Source of the DNA: Phycisphaerae bacterium
GTDB lineage: Bacteria > Planctomycetota > Phycisphaerae > UBA1845 > PWPN01
Reading direction: 5' to 3'
Assembly: GCA_030372985.1 (NCBI GenBank)
Contig: JAUCQB010000088.1
Coordinates: forward strand, 9,583-73,582
Length of the DNA stretch: 64,000 nucleotides
Numbering within the stretch: position 1 is the first letter of the stretch; each line of letters opens with the position of its first letter. The position numbers and the translations under genes are program-made. Below, in pieces: positions 46,397 to 56,524 of the stretch. The notes below the pieces were generated by a model. It saw only the letters and a program-made list of their open reading frames with translations. It ran no database searches and was not told where the DNA came from.

Positions 46397-47646
46397 GTCG
46401 CCGCCTCCATCATGACCGCCGAACGGTCGATGCCGTCCGACGACTGTTGACCTACTGAGACCGCTCTCGCCGCCAGCACGCGATCGAATATCGCGTACAC
46501 CTCCGCGGCGACCTGCGTCCAGGTCCGGGCTCCACCCCATGAGGCAATGCGAGCCCGATTCCACGGTCTGACAAGAGCGGATCGCAAGGCGCCGGCGAGA
46601 GCATCGAGATCGCCGTCGCGGACGATCATGCCGAGCTCAGCGGAACGGATCTGCTCGGGGTTGCCGCCGACGTCCGTGGCCACCACCGGGGTGCCGGCCG
46701 CAAGGGCCTCGGAAATTGCGTTGTTCCAGCCTTCAATCCGCGACGAGTTGACCACGACGTCCGCCGCGTTATACAGCAAGTTGAGCTGTTCGCTGATGAC
46801 GGGGCCCACAAAACGGATACACGGCGTGCCCGCCTGACGATTGCACCGCTCCATCATCCCGAGAACCTTGCGGGCAAACCACCACTCACCGCGACGGCTG
46901 CCGACGAGCACCAGACGGACATCGCCCAGCCCTTCGCGCAAGGCCGGTAAGACGGCAACCAGTCGATCGAACCCTTTGAGCTGCTGCAGATGGCCGACGG
47001 CAAGAACGTATTTCGCCGTTTGATGCCAACCGAGTGCGACCCTGGCCCACTGCCGGTCGACGAGGCGATACACGTCCGGCCGTATGCCGTTGGAAACCAC
47101 GTCCACGCTCAGGTCGCCGCCGCCGACCTTGTGAACCCACCCGGCCAGGCTGCGGCTGACCGCAATGCGGGCATCGACACCGCGGAGCATGGCCGCGATC
47201 TGCATCCGGCGCAGCGCACGGCGAGAAAGCCGAACGATCTTGCCCCGCACTGTGACGGACACCGGAATTCCCAGCCTTCGACCGGCCAACCAGGCACCCA
47301 CGCCGTCGGGATATACGAAATGAGCATCAATCAGGTCGACCGGCGGCAGGCCGGCCTGCTTCTGTTGTTCAAGAGCTCGCAACAGCGTCCTGGCGTACGC
47401 CACTCCGTCGGTCGCCCAGCCGATCGTCGGAACGCTGACCAATCGCGGGTAGGTTGCCGGCAGCGGCTCATTCTGCGGACTGATGTGTTCGGATCGGCGA
47501 AGCAGCGGACACCACGGTTGCGGTGAGACCACGCTAAGGCTGACACCGGGGCAACGCGCAAGCGCTTCTGCCCGGCGCTGAATGAAGATGCCCTGATCCG
47601 GACGGGCGGGCGTGGGATAACATAACGTTGTGGTCAGGATGTTCAC
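46393..47646 (-). CDS. Glycosyltransferase family 4 (GT-B)
   Basis: The GTG at 47646 overlaps the asnB stop (GTGA), giving VNILTTTLCYPTPARPDQGIF. The C-terminal motif is SRIEGWNNAISEALAAGTPVVATDVGG. The longer ORF reaching 47931 overlaps asnB and is rejected. Confidence 0.82.
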   Translation of the reverse strand: MNILTTTLCYPTPARPDQGIFIQRRAEALARCPGVSLSVVSPQPWCPLLRRSEHISPQNEPLPATYPRLVSVPTIGWATDGVAYARTLLRALEQQKQAGLPPVDLIDAHFVYPDGVGAWLAGRRLGIPVSVTVRGKIVRLSRRALRRMQIAAMLRGVDARIAVSRSLAGWVHKVGGGDLSVDVVSNGIRPDVYRLVDRQWARVALGWHQTAKYVLAVGHLQQLKGFDRLVAVLPALREGLGDVRLVLVGSRRGEWWFARKVLGMMERCNRQAGTPCIRFVGPVISEQLNLLYNAADVVVNSSRIEGWNNAISEALAAGTPVVATDVGGNPEQIRSAELGMIVRDGDLDALAGALRSALVRPWNRARIASWGGARTWTQVAAEVYAIFDRVLAARAVSVGQQSSDGIDRSAVMMEAAT

Positions 47647-49634
47647 GCCGGTGCCCCCTCGCAGACGACGACCTCGCGGGTTCGCACGGCGCCTTTTCTC
47701 GTGATGCGATCGCCTTGCCCGGCTTTCATCGTGCCGGACCCTCGGGCGTATCGCCGCGCCCACAGTTCCAACGACAACAAAGCCCACAGAACGTGGCCAT
47801 TCGCGCTGATCCCCTTCAGGTGTCGGTCGATCAAGCCGCGGACCGCGGCCTGGTCGACCCACTGCCCGCAAACCGCTTCCTTGGAGGTCAGCAGGTCGCT
47901 TGCCATCGCCCGCAGCGGTCCCCGGAACCATGCGTTGACCGGCACATCGAAGCCTTTCTTGCGGCGCTCGGCCACTTGCGGCCCCAGCCAGCGCCGGACC
48001 GTATCGCGGAGCACGACCTTGTCGCGCCGACCATCGAGTTTGAGCCGGACGGGCATGCGGGCAACCAACTCCACGAGGCGATAGTCCAGAAGCGGCGTGC
48101 GAACCTCAAGACCCACGGCCATGCCTGCCCGATCGACCTTCGTCAGAATGTCATCGACCATGAGCGTTTTCATGTCGACGTACAGCAGGCGATTCAGCAA
48201 CGGCGATGAGCAGCGGGCGAACAGGTCGCGCCCGCGAGCAAACGGATCGTACCCGACCACGCGGCTCCGTGTTTCCGGACGCAACAGCAGATCCGGAAGC
48301 ATTCCGGCCGCCAGAGACGTGCTTCGCAGATGTGCGGTGATATCGTCGCACGCCAGGTTGCGCAGCGTGGCCTTGGCCCGCAGCGGGCGGGGCAACCAGT
48401 CGGCCTTCGGGTAAAGCCGGCCGGCCACTCCGGCCGTGGACCGCCTCAACCAGCTTGGGCACATCGAGCGGATGGATGCTTCCGCCAGGTCAAACCGATA
48501 ACGCCGGTAGCCGGCCAGCATCTCGTCGCCGCCGTCGCCGGACAGAGCGACGGTAACCCGCTGGCGCGTGATCTCCGAAAGCCGGAGCATCGGCACGGCG
48601 CACGAGTCGGCGAAAGGCTCGTCGAAATGGCGAGCCAGTCGCTCGACAGCGCCCGCGGCGTCCGAGCACACCATGACTTCGCGGTGATCGGTATTCAGTC
48701 GTGTGGCCACCTCACGGGCTGCCTCCCGTTCGTCACAATAGGGTTCGTCGAACCCGACGGTGTGCGTCAGCACCGGATCTGTCGAGTGGCGGCACATAGC
48801 GGCAACGACAGCCGATGAGTCGACGCCGCCGCTGAGAAACGCTCCCAGCGGCACGTCTGACATCAGCCGGATGTTGACCGCATCCTCCAACAGCGCGGCA
48901 AAATCCTCCGTCCATCGCTGCCTGACTCGCTCGTCGGGCTTTCCGGAATCGGCATCCCCGAATGGAATATCCCACCAGCGACGAACCAAGGTGCCGGAGG
49001 CGGTGCAGACAGCCATACAGCCCGGTTCCAGCTTGCGCACGCCGCTGAAACTCGTTCTGGGGGCCGGCACGTGGCCGAACGTGAGGTAGTCCGCCAATGC
49101 CAGAGGATTGACTCTTTGTTCGAGGTCGCCGCAAGCCAGCACGGCCTTCAGTTCCGACGCGAATGCGACGCGGCACCCGTCGTCGGTCCAGTAGAGAGGC
49201 TTGACCCCGAGCCGATCGCGGACCAGCACCAGCCGACGCGAGCGAGAGTCCCAGATGGCAATCGCGAACATGCCGTTGAGCTGCTCGGCGAATGAGTCGC
49301 CGTGGTCCTCATAGAGGTGCGCGAGCACCTCGGTGTCGCAATGCGTTCGCAGGATGTGGCCGCGATCGCGCAGCCGCTCGGCCAGCTCCTGGTGGTTGTA
49401 GATCTCGCCGTTGAAGACGACCTGGATGGTTCCGTCCTCGTTGGACATCGGCTGTCGGCCGTCCGCCAAGTCGATAATCCTCAGCCGAGCATGCCCGAGG
49501 CTGGCATGGCTGTCTGCGTACGCGCCCATTTCGTCCGGCCCACGATGGCGCAGCAGTGCCGCCATGTCGCGACCCACGGACGTCTCATGGGGACGCAGTC
49601 CGGCGAATCGCACCAGGCCGGCTATGCCGCACAT
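47643..49634 (-). CDS. asnB: Asparagine synthase (glutamine-hydrolysing) family amidotransferase
   Basis: The ATG at 49634 is preceded by GGAGG. MCGIAGLVRF provides the Cys2 nucleophile. The PP-loop is FLSGGVDSSAVVAAM. The protein is 663 aa. Confidence 0.88.
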   Translation of the reverse strand: MCGIAGLVRFAGLRPHETSVGRDMAALLRHRGPDEMGAYADSHASLGHARLRIIDLADGRQPMSNEDGTIQVVFNGEIYNHQELAERLRDRGHILRTHCDTEVLAHLYEDHGDSFAEQLNGMFAIAIWDSRSRRLVLVRDRLGVKPLYWTDDGCRVAFASELKAVLACGDLEQRVNPLALADYLTFGHVPAPRTSFSGVRKLEPGCMAVCTASGTLVRRWWDIPFGDADSGKPDERVRQRWTEDFAALLEDAVNIRLMSDVPLGAFLSGGVDSSAVVAAMCRHSTDPVLTHTVGFDEPYCDEREAAREVATRLNTDHREVMVCSDAAGAVERLARHFDEPFADSCAVPMLRLSEITRQRVTVALSGDGGDEMLAGYRRYRFDLAEASIRSMCPSWLRRSTAGVAGRLYPKADWLPRPLRAKATLRNLACDDITAHLRSTSLAAGMLPDLLLRPETRSRVVGYDPFARGRDLFARCSSPLLNRLLYVDMKTLMVDDILTKVDRAGMAVGLEVRTPLLDYRLVELVARMPVRLKLDGRRDKVVLRDTVRRWLGPQVAERRKKGFDVPVNAWFRGPLRAMASDLLTSKEAVCGQWVDQAAVRGLIDRHLKGISANGHVLWALLSLELWARRYARGSGTMKAGQGDRITRKGAVRTREVVVCEGAPA

Positions 49635-50881
49635 TCGGAATCCTCCGGCGCCTTTGCCAGGCGTTGGTTCTGGGGCGATGTCAGCGAATGGTAAATCATC
49701 GAATACTGTCTGGCGCAAGCTTCCAGGTCATGTCGCTCCATGACGACGGCTCTCGCCCTCCGGCCAAACTGCGTGCGCTTATGGTCATCGTCGAGTGCTG
49801 CCGTGAGCGACTGGGCCAGCAGGTCGGCCCGGTCCGGCGGCACCAGCCAGCCCGTACCGTCGGTCTCCACCAGCTCCCTGTTCCCGCCAACGTCGGTGAC
49901 CGCCGCCGCCAAGCCGCTGGCCATGGCTTCGAGAAGGGCCATGCTGCATGCCTCGTAGCGGCTTGACAAAACGAACAGATCGGCCGTCCGTAGCAACGCC
50001 GGCACGTCATCACGGCTGCCCGGGAACAGGACCGAGTTTCCACACCCCAGGTTCTCCGCCAGTTGTTGCAGGTCGTCGCGCAAGGGGCCGTCGCCGACGA
50101 CCAGCAGGCGCGCGTCGAGTTGTTGTGTCACCAATTGCCGCCAGGCATCGAGGAGCACATCGACCGCTTTGACCGGCACCAGGTTGGCCACGCAGATGGC
50201 CAGCTTCGAGGCATCCGGGATTCCCAGTTTCCGGCGGACGCGCAGGCATTCGTCGGCGTCATCGGCCGGGTGGAAGCGGTTGACATCAACGCCGTTGGGG
50301 ATGGTGATCATCTTGGCCGCCGGGAAATGCCAATCCTTGATCATCCGATCGGCCGCCTCGCGCGAAACCGAAATCACCGTGGCCGCCCTGCGCGCAGCCC
50401 AGCGATTCAGCCAGCGGCGGATTCGACCGGCCGGGACCGTGTCGATCCGCCCGTGAAACACGAGGGCGAGTTGAGTCGAACGCGAACGGCCAACCGCTCG
50501 GGCTGCATCCACCCAGGCCCCCGTGCTGAGCGCCTCGACCACGTCAGGCTCGAAATCGCGAATCACCCGCCGTATTCGTTTCCAACAGCTCCAGTCTCGC
50601 GTCTTTCGCCGCCCGAGTACCCAGGTGGTCGCCAACGATTTGCACTGCGAAAACAAACGGTCGTCGGCCGATCTCAGAATACAAACACCGTGGGTCACGC
50701 GGCAGCTTTCGCCCGCCCCGCCGACCGGCGTCGAAGCTCGCATCAACTCGAGCAGGCAGCGCTCCATTCCGCCGCCGTACAGCGACGGAATCACGTGCAG
50801 CACGCGTATGCGCCGCAGGCTGCCCGGACTGCGAACATCCGCCTGCCGCGCCGGATTCATCGAAGGCACCACTGCCGTCAT
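49622..50881 (-). CDS. Glycosyltransferase family 4
   Basis: It has IRVLHVIPSLYGGGMERCLLEL at the N-terminus and SRYEACSMALLEAMASGLAAAVTDVGG at the C-terminus. The start ATG overlaps the upstream stop (ATGA). The 3' end overlaps the asnB start by 13 nt. Confidence 0.82.
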   Translation of the reverse strand: MTAVVPSMNPARQADVRSPGSLRRIRVLHVIPSLYGGGMERCLLELMRASTPVGGAGESCRVTHGVCILRSADDRLFSQCKSLATTWVLGRRKTRDWSCWKRIRRVIRDFEPDVVEALSTGAWVDAARAVGRSRSTQLALVFHGRIDTVPAGRIRRWLNRWAARRAATVISVSREAADRMIKDWHFPAAKMITIPNGVDVNRFHPADDADECLRVRRKLGIPDASKLAICVANLVPVKAVDVLLDAWRQLVTQQLDARLLVVGDGPLRDDLQQLAENLGCGNSVLFPGSRDDVPALLRTADLFVLSSRYEACSMALLEAMASGLAAAVTDVGGNRELVETDGTGWLVPPDRADLLAQSLTAALDDDHKRTQFGRRARAVVMERHDLEACARQYSMIYHSLTSPQNQRLAKAPEDSECAA

Positions 50882-52323
50882 GCCGGTTGCCCTCCCATGG
50901 CCAGGCCGGGTTGAACCTGGTCGCCTTGACGCATCCAGTCTTCGAGCAACATGCGAACGGTCGCCTCCTCTCGGACCTCTTCGCGAATCTCGTTTTCAAC
51001 GGCACGCTTCAGACAAACGGGCAGGATCACCATCCACCAGAAGCCCTCGGTGTAGAAGCGGCTGGTAAACATACCCCCGACCAGATAGACCAGCAGGGCC
51101 ATTCGATTGGCGAAAACCATCATCTCAAACATCGCCGGGTCGGACAGATGCCGGCGCGCCCGTCGCCTCAGACGCGACAGCGTGCCCCAGGACATGATCA
51201 GGGTCAGCAGAAAACAGGCCAGTCCGAGGACCCCGGTCTCGGCGGCGCAGAGAATGAATGAGTTGTGGGCATCGCGGGCGATCATGTTCACCGACTCGGT
51301 GGCCGGGTTTCCGTAGAGCATCCGCAATTCGGGCGTGGTGTAGCGGTTGGTCATGCGCTGGAACTGTCCGACGCCGACGCCGAACGGGTGGTCCTTGATC
51401 ATCTCCCACGCCGACGCCCAGATCAGCAGCCGGGCGGCTGAAGACACCTCGCGATCCTGGTGCGAGCTGACGATGGTCTTCATGCGCCCCCAGAACCACG
51501 GATCGCTGAGCTTGACGCCGCCGAGAAGACCAAACACCAGCATGTAGACCGCCCAACCGCGATAGCGACGAGGCACGTACCAGATGGCGGTGGCACAGGC
51601 GACCAAGCCGGCCATGAACGCCGATCGCGCGCGACACAACAGGATCGCGTTAACGCTGTAGCAGGCGGCCAGGAAGGCCAATACGCGGAAGCGCCAGTAT
51701 TTCTGCCACAGAACAACCGCCACAAACGGCAGCAAGGCCAGCAGGTGAATCCCCAACCCGGTCGATTCGCGGAAATCAGGCCCGCCGATGCCGTCCAGGC
51801 GGTTGTGCATGAACGCGCTATGCGGTGCATTCTTGGCCTCGTAGCCGAGGTACAGGGACATCGCCGTGAACACGATCAACAGCAGCCAGACGTGCCGTCG
51901 GGTCACCACGACGTGGCTCATCATGAAGGCGAACAGAAACACCTTCCACATCTTGTCGATCGCGAAATTAGTGCGCTCGTTCCAGGCGACGCCGGTGACT
52001 CCCGACAGGAGCATGGTCAGGAACATCAACAGCATCCCCCATTCCACGGGATGCACCGTCTGTCGCCCGTAGCGCAGGCGGTTGAGATTGACGATCGTCC
52101 CGACCGCCAGGCATGCGGCGATGAAGTATGCGTAGCGAATGCCCAGCGGCTCAAGGTACTTGCCCCACCAGGTCTCCTGCGGATAGACGTTGTACAGGAC
52201 GATGTAGCACAGCACCCCGGCGATCGGCACCACGAAGGAGGCACCGGCGCTGCCGAAAAAGTAAAGCAAAAAGACGATGCTACGGATGGGCACGGGGCAG
52301 CGCCTCCCTGTCTTCGGCGTCAT
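50878..52323 (-). CDS. O-antigen ligase/polymerase family membrane protein (Wzy_C-type)
   Basis: It has about 10-12 hydrophobic segments. The central loop region (HNRLDGIGGPDFRESTGLGIHLL) is typical of WaaL/Wzy-like proteins. The start is uncertain: 52323 or the GTG at 52293, and both overlap the upstream gene end. Confidence 0.7.
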   Translation of the reverse strand: MTPKTGRRCPVPIRSIVFLLYFFGSAGASFVVPIAGVLCYIVLYNVYPQETWWGKYLEPLGIRYAYFIAACLAVGTIVNLNRLRYGRQTVHPVEWGMLLMFLTMLLSGVTGVAWNERTNFAIDKMWKVFLFAFMMSHVVVTRRHVWLLLIVFTAMSLYLGYEAKNAPHSAFMHNRLDGIGGPDFRESTGLGIHLLALLPFVAVVLWQKYWRFRVLAFLAACYSVNAILLCRARSAFMAGLVACATAIWYVPRRYRGWAVYMLVFGLLGGVKLSDPWFWGRMKTIVSSHQDREVSSAARLLIWASAWEMIKDHPFGVGVGQFQRMTNRYTTPELRMLYGNPATESVNMIARDAHNSFILCAAETGVLGLACFLLTLIMSWGTLSRLRRRARRHLSDPAMFEMMVFANRMALLVYLVGGMFTSRFYTEGFWWMVILPVCLKRAVENEIREEVREEATVRMLLEDWMRQGDQVQPGLAMGGQPA

Positions 52324-53587
52324 GCAGGCTGCCGGTCACACCCTGCTTCCAGTCATTTCCGTCCGAGTCCGTGGGTGCCATCGTGTCTCCGCGAAGAACG
52401 TCAAGAAAGTCCGCCGCGATGCGTGTCCACGAAAAGCGGGCCTGTACCATGTCGAGTCCCGCCGATCCGATTCGCCGGGCCCTGGGGGCGTCCACCAGCA
52501 GGCCGAACAACTCCACGGCAATTGGCTCGGGATCGTCGGCCGTGACGATGCCGACGTCCTCGCCCGTCGGCAGGCCGCCGGCGGCCACTGAAGTTGCCAC
52601 GACCGGGCAACCGGCCGCACACGCCTCCAGGATCTTGTTCTTGATGCCAGAGCCGCCCAGCATCGGCGCAACGGCGACCTGCGCACGTTCGAGCCAGTCC
52701 CGGATGCTCGGCACCTGCCCGGTGACCGTCACGTTCGGCAAGTCGGCCAGTTTGCGCACGGCCGGGGTGGGATCCGCTCCCACGATGGCCAGCGTCGGCG
52801 CCTGGGAATGACGTCGGCCTCCCAAACCGCAGCGATACGATGCCAATACGAGAGGCCAGACCTTGCAGGCCATGAAACGCGCGGCGGCCTCATTTGCCGG
52901 AAAGCTCATTCGGCCGGTGAAAACCACGAGCGGTTCGCGAGGCCATCGCCCGGCAGCCGTCGCGTCGGCTTCCACGCCATTGGGAACCACCATGACCGGT
53001 CGTCCCGAAACCCGTGCGAGGCGGGCGGCATCCCCGGGGGCAACGGCGATCAGCCCGTCGAATCGCCGCAGAGCACGACGGCGGACGATCTGGATAGCCA
53101 CGGCAGCTTTCACGCCGACCAGCGATCGGCGATAAGCCCGAGCCGCGCTGCCGCGCAGCAGCCACGGGTCATCGATCAAATCACAGACGATTCGAGGCCG
53201 CCGGCTTTCACCCCGCACCTTTGCAGCCGCCATCAGGCAGGCCACCGAGGGCATGTCAAAACCCACCACCGCATCCGCCGAGACGGCCAGGCGGCCAATC
53301 GCACCCACAAGCCCCACGTGATAACCCACGAATGCCAGCGCTCGACGAACCAGGAAAGACTCGGAGTCAATCGCCGAACTGCCTGGACCGTTCGAGCTCG
53401 CTCCGCTGACCGCCTGCACCTCCACGCCGCCCATGACCTGCCGGGCGGCGGCCGCAACGAGTTCATCGGGCGCGATGCAGAGAACTTCGCAGTGCCGCTG
53501 CAACGCGGGCAGCAGGTGTGCGATACGGAGGTTCCGGCCATGGGCCAGGTTTGAAATGTCGAACGGTAGCGGAACCAGCAGCCTCAT
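52280..53587 (-). CDS. Glycosyltransferase family 4
   Basis: It starts MRLLVPLPFDISNLAHGRNLRIAHLL and carries GGSGIKNKILEACAAGCPVVATSVAAGG. There is an ATGA overlap with the upstream gene. Confidence 0.78.
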   Translation of the reverse strand: MRLLVPLPFDISNLAHGRNLRIAHLLPALQRHCEVLCIAPDELVAAAARQVMGGVEVQAVSGASSNGPGSSAIDSESFLVRRALAFVGYHVGLVGAIGRLAVSADAVVGFDMPSVACLMAAAKVRGESRRPRIVCDLIDDPWLLRGSAARAYRRSLVGVKAAVAIQIVRRRALRRFDGLIAVAPGDAARLARVSGRPVMVVPNGVEADATAAGRWPREPLVVFTGRMSFPANEAAARFMACKVWPLVLASYRCGLGGRRHSQAPTLAIVGADPTPAVRKLADLPNVTVTGQVPSIRDWLERAQVAVAPMLGGSGIKNKILEACAAGCPVVATSVAAGGLPTGEDVGIVTADDPEPIAVELFGLLVDAPRARRIGSAGLDMVQARFSWTRIAADFLDVLRGDTMAPTDSDGNDWKQGVTGSLHDAEDREALPRAHP

Positions 53588-54855
53588 GCACAGTCCTCCG
53601 CGGTCATACTCACAAAAGGTGATTCATTCATCCCCGGCCAGCACAAGCTGGACCGCTCTCGGGCAGTGCCGCGCAGCGCCCGCAGCGTCCGCTCCAGCGT
53701 GAGGGCGATGCTGAAGCGCCGTAGGACGGACTCACGCCCGTTGTTGCCCATCCGTTCGCGGCCTGCGGCATCTACCGCCAGTGCGGTGAGCGCGTGGGTC
53801 ATTTCGGCCGGCTCGAATCCGGCAAGCTGCCATCCGTTTTGCAGGTGGATGATCTGCCGACGCGCGCCAGAAGTCGGCGTGGCGATCACCGCTCGCCGAC
53901 AAGCCATGGCCTCGGCCAGAGCCAGACCGAACGACTCAGTGCGACTGCACAACACAAACGCATCCAGTGCGCTGTAAAAAGCAGGCATATCCTCGACGAA
54001 CGACACGAATCGAATCGCGTCGACCAGGCCGCGATCCGCGGCCAGCCTGGTCAGCGAGTCGTGCTCGCTCCCCCGGCCGGCAATGACCAGAAGGAGCGAC
54101 AACCCCTGCCGCCGGGCAATGGACGCGGCCTCGATCAGCAGATCGATACCCTTTTCGCGTGACAGTCTTCCGGCCGTGCCGACGACGAACGGACGAGGCG
54201 AGACGTTGTCGATGCCCCACTCACGATGCCATCTCCTGCGCCCGGTCGCATCGAACTCAAAGCGATCGCAATCGACGCCGTGCGGGATCGCGAGCACCTT
54301 GTCGCGACAAACGCCCTGCCAGCGGACGATTCGCTCGCGGTCTTCGGCGTTGAGCGTAACGACGGCCGTCGCCGCCGCGCCCGCCAACCTGTGCCTGAGC
54401 ACTTGCGGCAGCCGCCAGCAGTGGAGGCCCTCGATCCGTCCGCCGAACCACTTGGCTGCCAAGCGACGGTGGTCACAGCCGTCAACCATCTGGTGGACCC
54501 AGACCGCCGGAACAGACGTCCGTTTTGCCAGCCATGGCAGAACCCAGAAACGCGGCCGGCCACAGGCGTTGATGATCACGCCGTCGGGACGCTCGTGGCG
54601 AAGTATGGAGGCGAACTCACGGGTCAGTCCCCGCAAACTGCGGGTGCGAGACCGGGGAACGATGTCGAGCCGAATGCCGCTCTCGCGAGCAACGTCAAAC
54701 ACCGCTTCGTCGCAGTCCGGCCCGGGCAGCCAGCAAATCGAGGCGTCCAGCCCGCGCCGTCTCGCCGCCAGGGCCATCGCGACCATGTATCGCTCCGCAC
54801 CTCCGAAGTGTGGGGCGTCGCTGACGAACATGAGTTGACGAATCATCCGCCTCAT
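53584..54855 (-). CDS. Glycosyltransferase family 4
   Basis: The preferred start is 54855 (MRRMIRQLMFVSDAPHFGGAERYM); 54846 is also possible. The C-terminal motif is SRTESFGLALAEAMACRRAVIATPTSG. Confidence 0.8.
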   Translation of the reverse strand: MRRMIRQLMFVSDAPHFGGAERYMVAMALAARRRGLDASICWLPGPDCDEAVFDVARESGIRLDIVPRSRTRSLRGLTREFASILRHERPDGVIINACGRPRFWVLPWLAKRTSVPAVWVHQMVDGCDHRRLAAKWFGGRIEGLHCWRLPQVLRHRLAGAAATAVVTLNAEDRERIVRWQGVCRDKVLAIPHGVDCDRFEFDATGRRRWHREWGIDNVSPRPFVVGTAGRLSREKGIDLLIEAASIARRQGLSLLLVIAGRGSEHDSLTRLAADRGLVDAIRFVSFVEDMPAFYSALDAFVLCSRTESFGLALAEAMACRRAVIATPTSGARRQIIHLQNGWQLAGFEPAEMTHALTALAVDAAGRERMGNNGRESVLRRFSIALTLERTLRALRGTARERSSLCWPGMNESPFVSMTAEDCA

Positions 54856-54980
54856 GCGCTTTTGCCCTTCGCGGCCGACATCTCGCCGGACCGGTTTCCG
54901 AGCCACGGACCAACGCTGCAACGAGCGCGCAGAGAGCGCCCGGCGCATCGGAACACCATGCGATAAATATCGGTCTTTGC

Positions 54981-56522
54981 CTATCGCAGTTGAGGTGATA
55001 TTGAGACGTTGAGCGGGTCCGCGCCCGATGCGGAAACGCCGCTTGAGGTCGCTTGCACCCGGGTATTATCGGCCGTGTCCGTGGCCCCGATCTCGATATC
55101 GGACGTACCGATGGCATGTGCCACAGGCGAGGCTTCTTCGTCGACGGCGACGTCCAGACAGGCGGCAAAATCCTTCGCGACGCAGGCACGGTCATAGCGG
55201 TCAACCGCGTTCCAATTTCGCCTCCATTCGAGCCGTCCGGAGAAATGGTCGGTGATGATCCGTTCCATGGCCGCCGCCACCTGCGGTGCGTCCTCGAAAG
55301 CAGTCACGGTCGATGCGCCGGCCTCGCGGACGATGCGGGCGGTATCGCCATTCGTCGGCACGAGTGCCAGCAGATGCGTCGGCAAAGCCAGCAGTTCGAA
55401 AGTCTTTCCCGGAATGCTTGTTTCGCCGTGCCGGCACTGGGGTACGACAACGATGGCGCATGCGGCGCCGGCGGTCATTCGCACGGCCGCCGCGTGGCTC
55501 AGGTATCCCGCCAGACTCAGCCAACGCGGGCGGTTCTCGTGCCATCGCCGCCGCTGATCGGCATCGAGGGTTCCGGAAATCACCAGACGCACCCGGTTCG
55601 CCCACTCCGGATGACGGTCAAGCACGGACTGCAGCGGCGTCACGATGCGGCTGACTTCGCGGCGCCCGTAAAAGGCCCCTGCGGCAACGAAGACACACTC
55701 TTCTCTGTTGTCCGGTGTGATATCAAGGGCTGCCGCCAGATCGTCACGGTCGAAGCCGTTGGTGACGCAGCAGATCGACTCGGGCCTGCGATCCGTGAAT
55801 CGTCGTCGGTACTCGTCGGCCAGCGAAGGGCAAGTGGTGATCACCATCGCGGCATGTCGCATGATCTGTGCTTCCAGGCGAAGCATTGATCGAGTCTTTC
55901 GCGCCGCCGCGGGCGGTCGATCGAAATCGCTGACCAGCGGGTCACGGACATCGGCCACCCAGGGCACACCCGTCCGCCGTGCGATCCGAAGGGCCACGCG
56001 GTGAACGAAATGGGGAGGACCGCTCGAGATAATCGCCTCGTAGGGAGTCTTGCGATGCTGACGAAGGGCGAAACGCGCGGCCGGGCCCACCCAGAGCGAC
56101 TGTGGATCACCGCAACCGCACCGCTGCACAAGGGTCGACAGCCTCCAGTGCAAACCGTCCTCAATGCGGCCGGCCCACCCTGCGTGAGGCACGAGCCTCG
56201 CCAGCGATCTCGCCGTGCATGCCGGTTCATGACCAGACACTCGGTACACACGGCAACCATCGGGCACGTCGGCAAGAAGCGACTTGTCTCTCCACGGAAA
56301 GCGATTGTGGCCGGCCGTGAGGACGTCGACGCCCCACGCGTAGCGAGGCAGGTACTTGGCCAGCTTGGCCGGCCGCTGCACGGCACTGCCGCCGATGGGC
56401 GGGAAGATGTAGCTGATCAACAGCGCACGGCCGGCGCACGTTTGGGCCGCGATCTCCGGCCGTCGCCGAACCCAGTCGACCCACCGCTGTCGATGCTCAT
56501 CTACCGTCATCGAATCGCCCAT
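54981..56522 (-). CDS. Glycosyltransferase (GT-B, GT4-like, divergent)
   Basis: The ATG at 56522 lies 2 nt after the upstream stop (TGAAAATG). It carries ALLISYIFPPIGGSAVQRPAKLAKYL at the N-terminus and GETSIPGKTFELLA later. The longer ORF reaching 56690 would overlap the upstream gene by 166 nt. Confidence 0.65.
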   Translation of the reverse strand: MGDSMTVDEHRQRWVDWVRRRPEIAAQTCAGRALLISYIFPPIGGSAVQRPAKLAKYLPRYAWGVDVLTAGHNRFPWRDKSLLADVPDGCRVYRVSGHEPACTARSLARLVPHAGWAGRIEDGLHWRLSTLVQRCGCGDPQSLWVGPAARFALRQHRKTPYEAIISSGPPHFVHRVALRIARRTGVPWVADVRDPLVSDFDRPPAAARKTRSMLRLEAQIMRHAAMVITTCPSLADEYRRRFTDRRPESICCVTNGFDRDDLAAALDITPDNREECVFVAAGAFYGRREVSRIVTPLQSVLDRHPEWANRVRLVISGTLDADQRRRWHENRPRWLSLAGYLSHAAAVRMTAGAACAIVVVPQCRHGETSIPGKTFELLALPTHLLALVPTNGDTARIVREAGASTVTAFEDAPQVAAAMERIITDHFSGRLEWRRNWNAVDRYDRACVAKDFAACLDVAVDEEASPVAHAIGTSDIEIGATDTADNTRVQATSSGVSASGADPLNVSISPQLR

Positions 56523-56524
56523 TT

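Noticed and set aside
47647-47931. N-terminal 95-aa extension of the GT4 ORF 46393-47931
   Set aside because: The extension overlaps the asnB 3' end and is Arg/Gly/Pro-rich. The GTG at 47646 gives the canonical GT4 N-terminus (NILTTTLCYPT...) and a GTGA overlap with the asnB stop.
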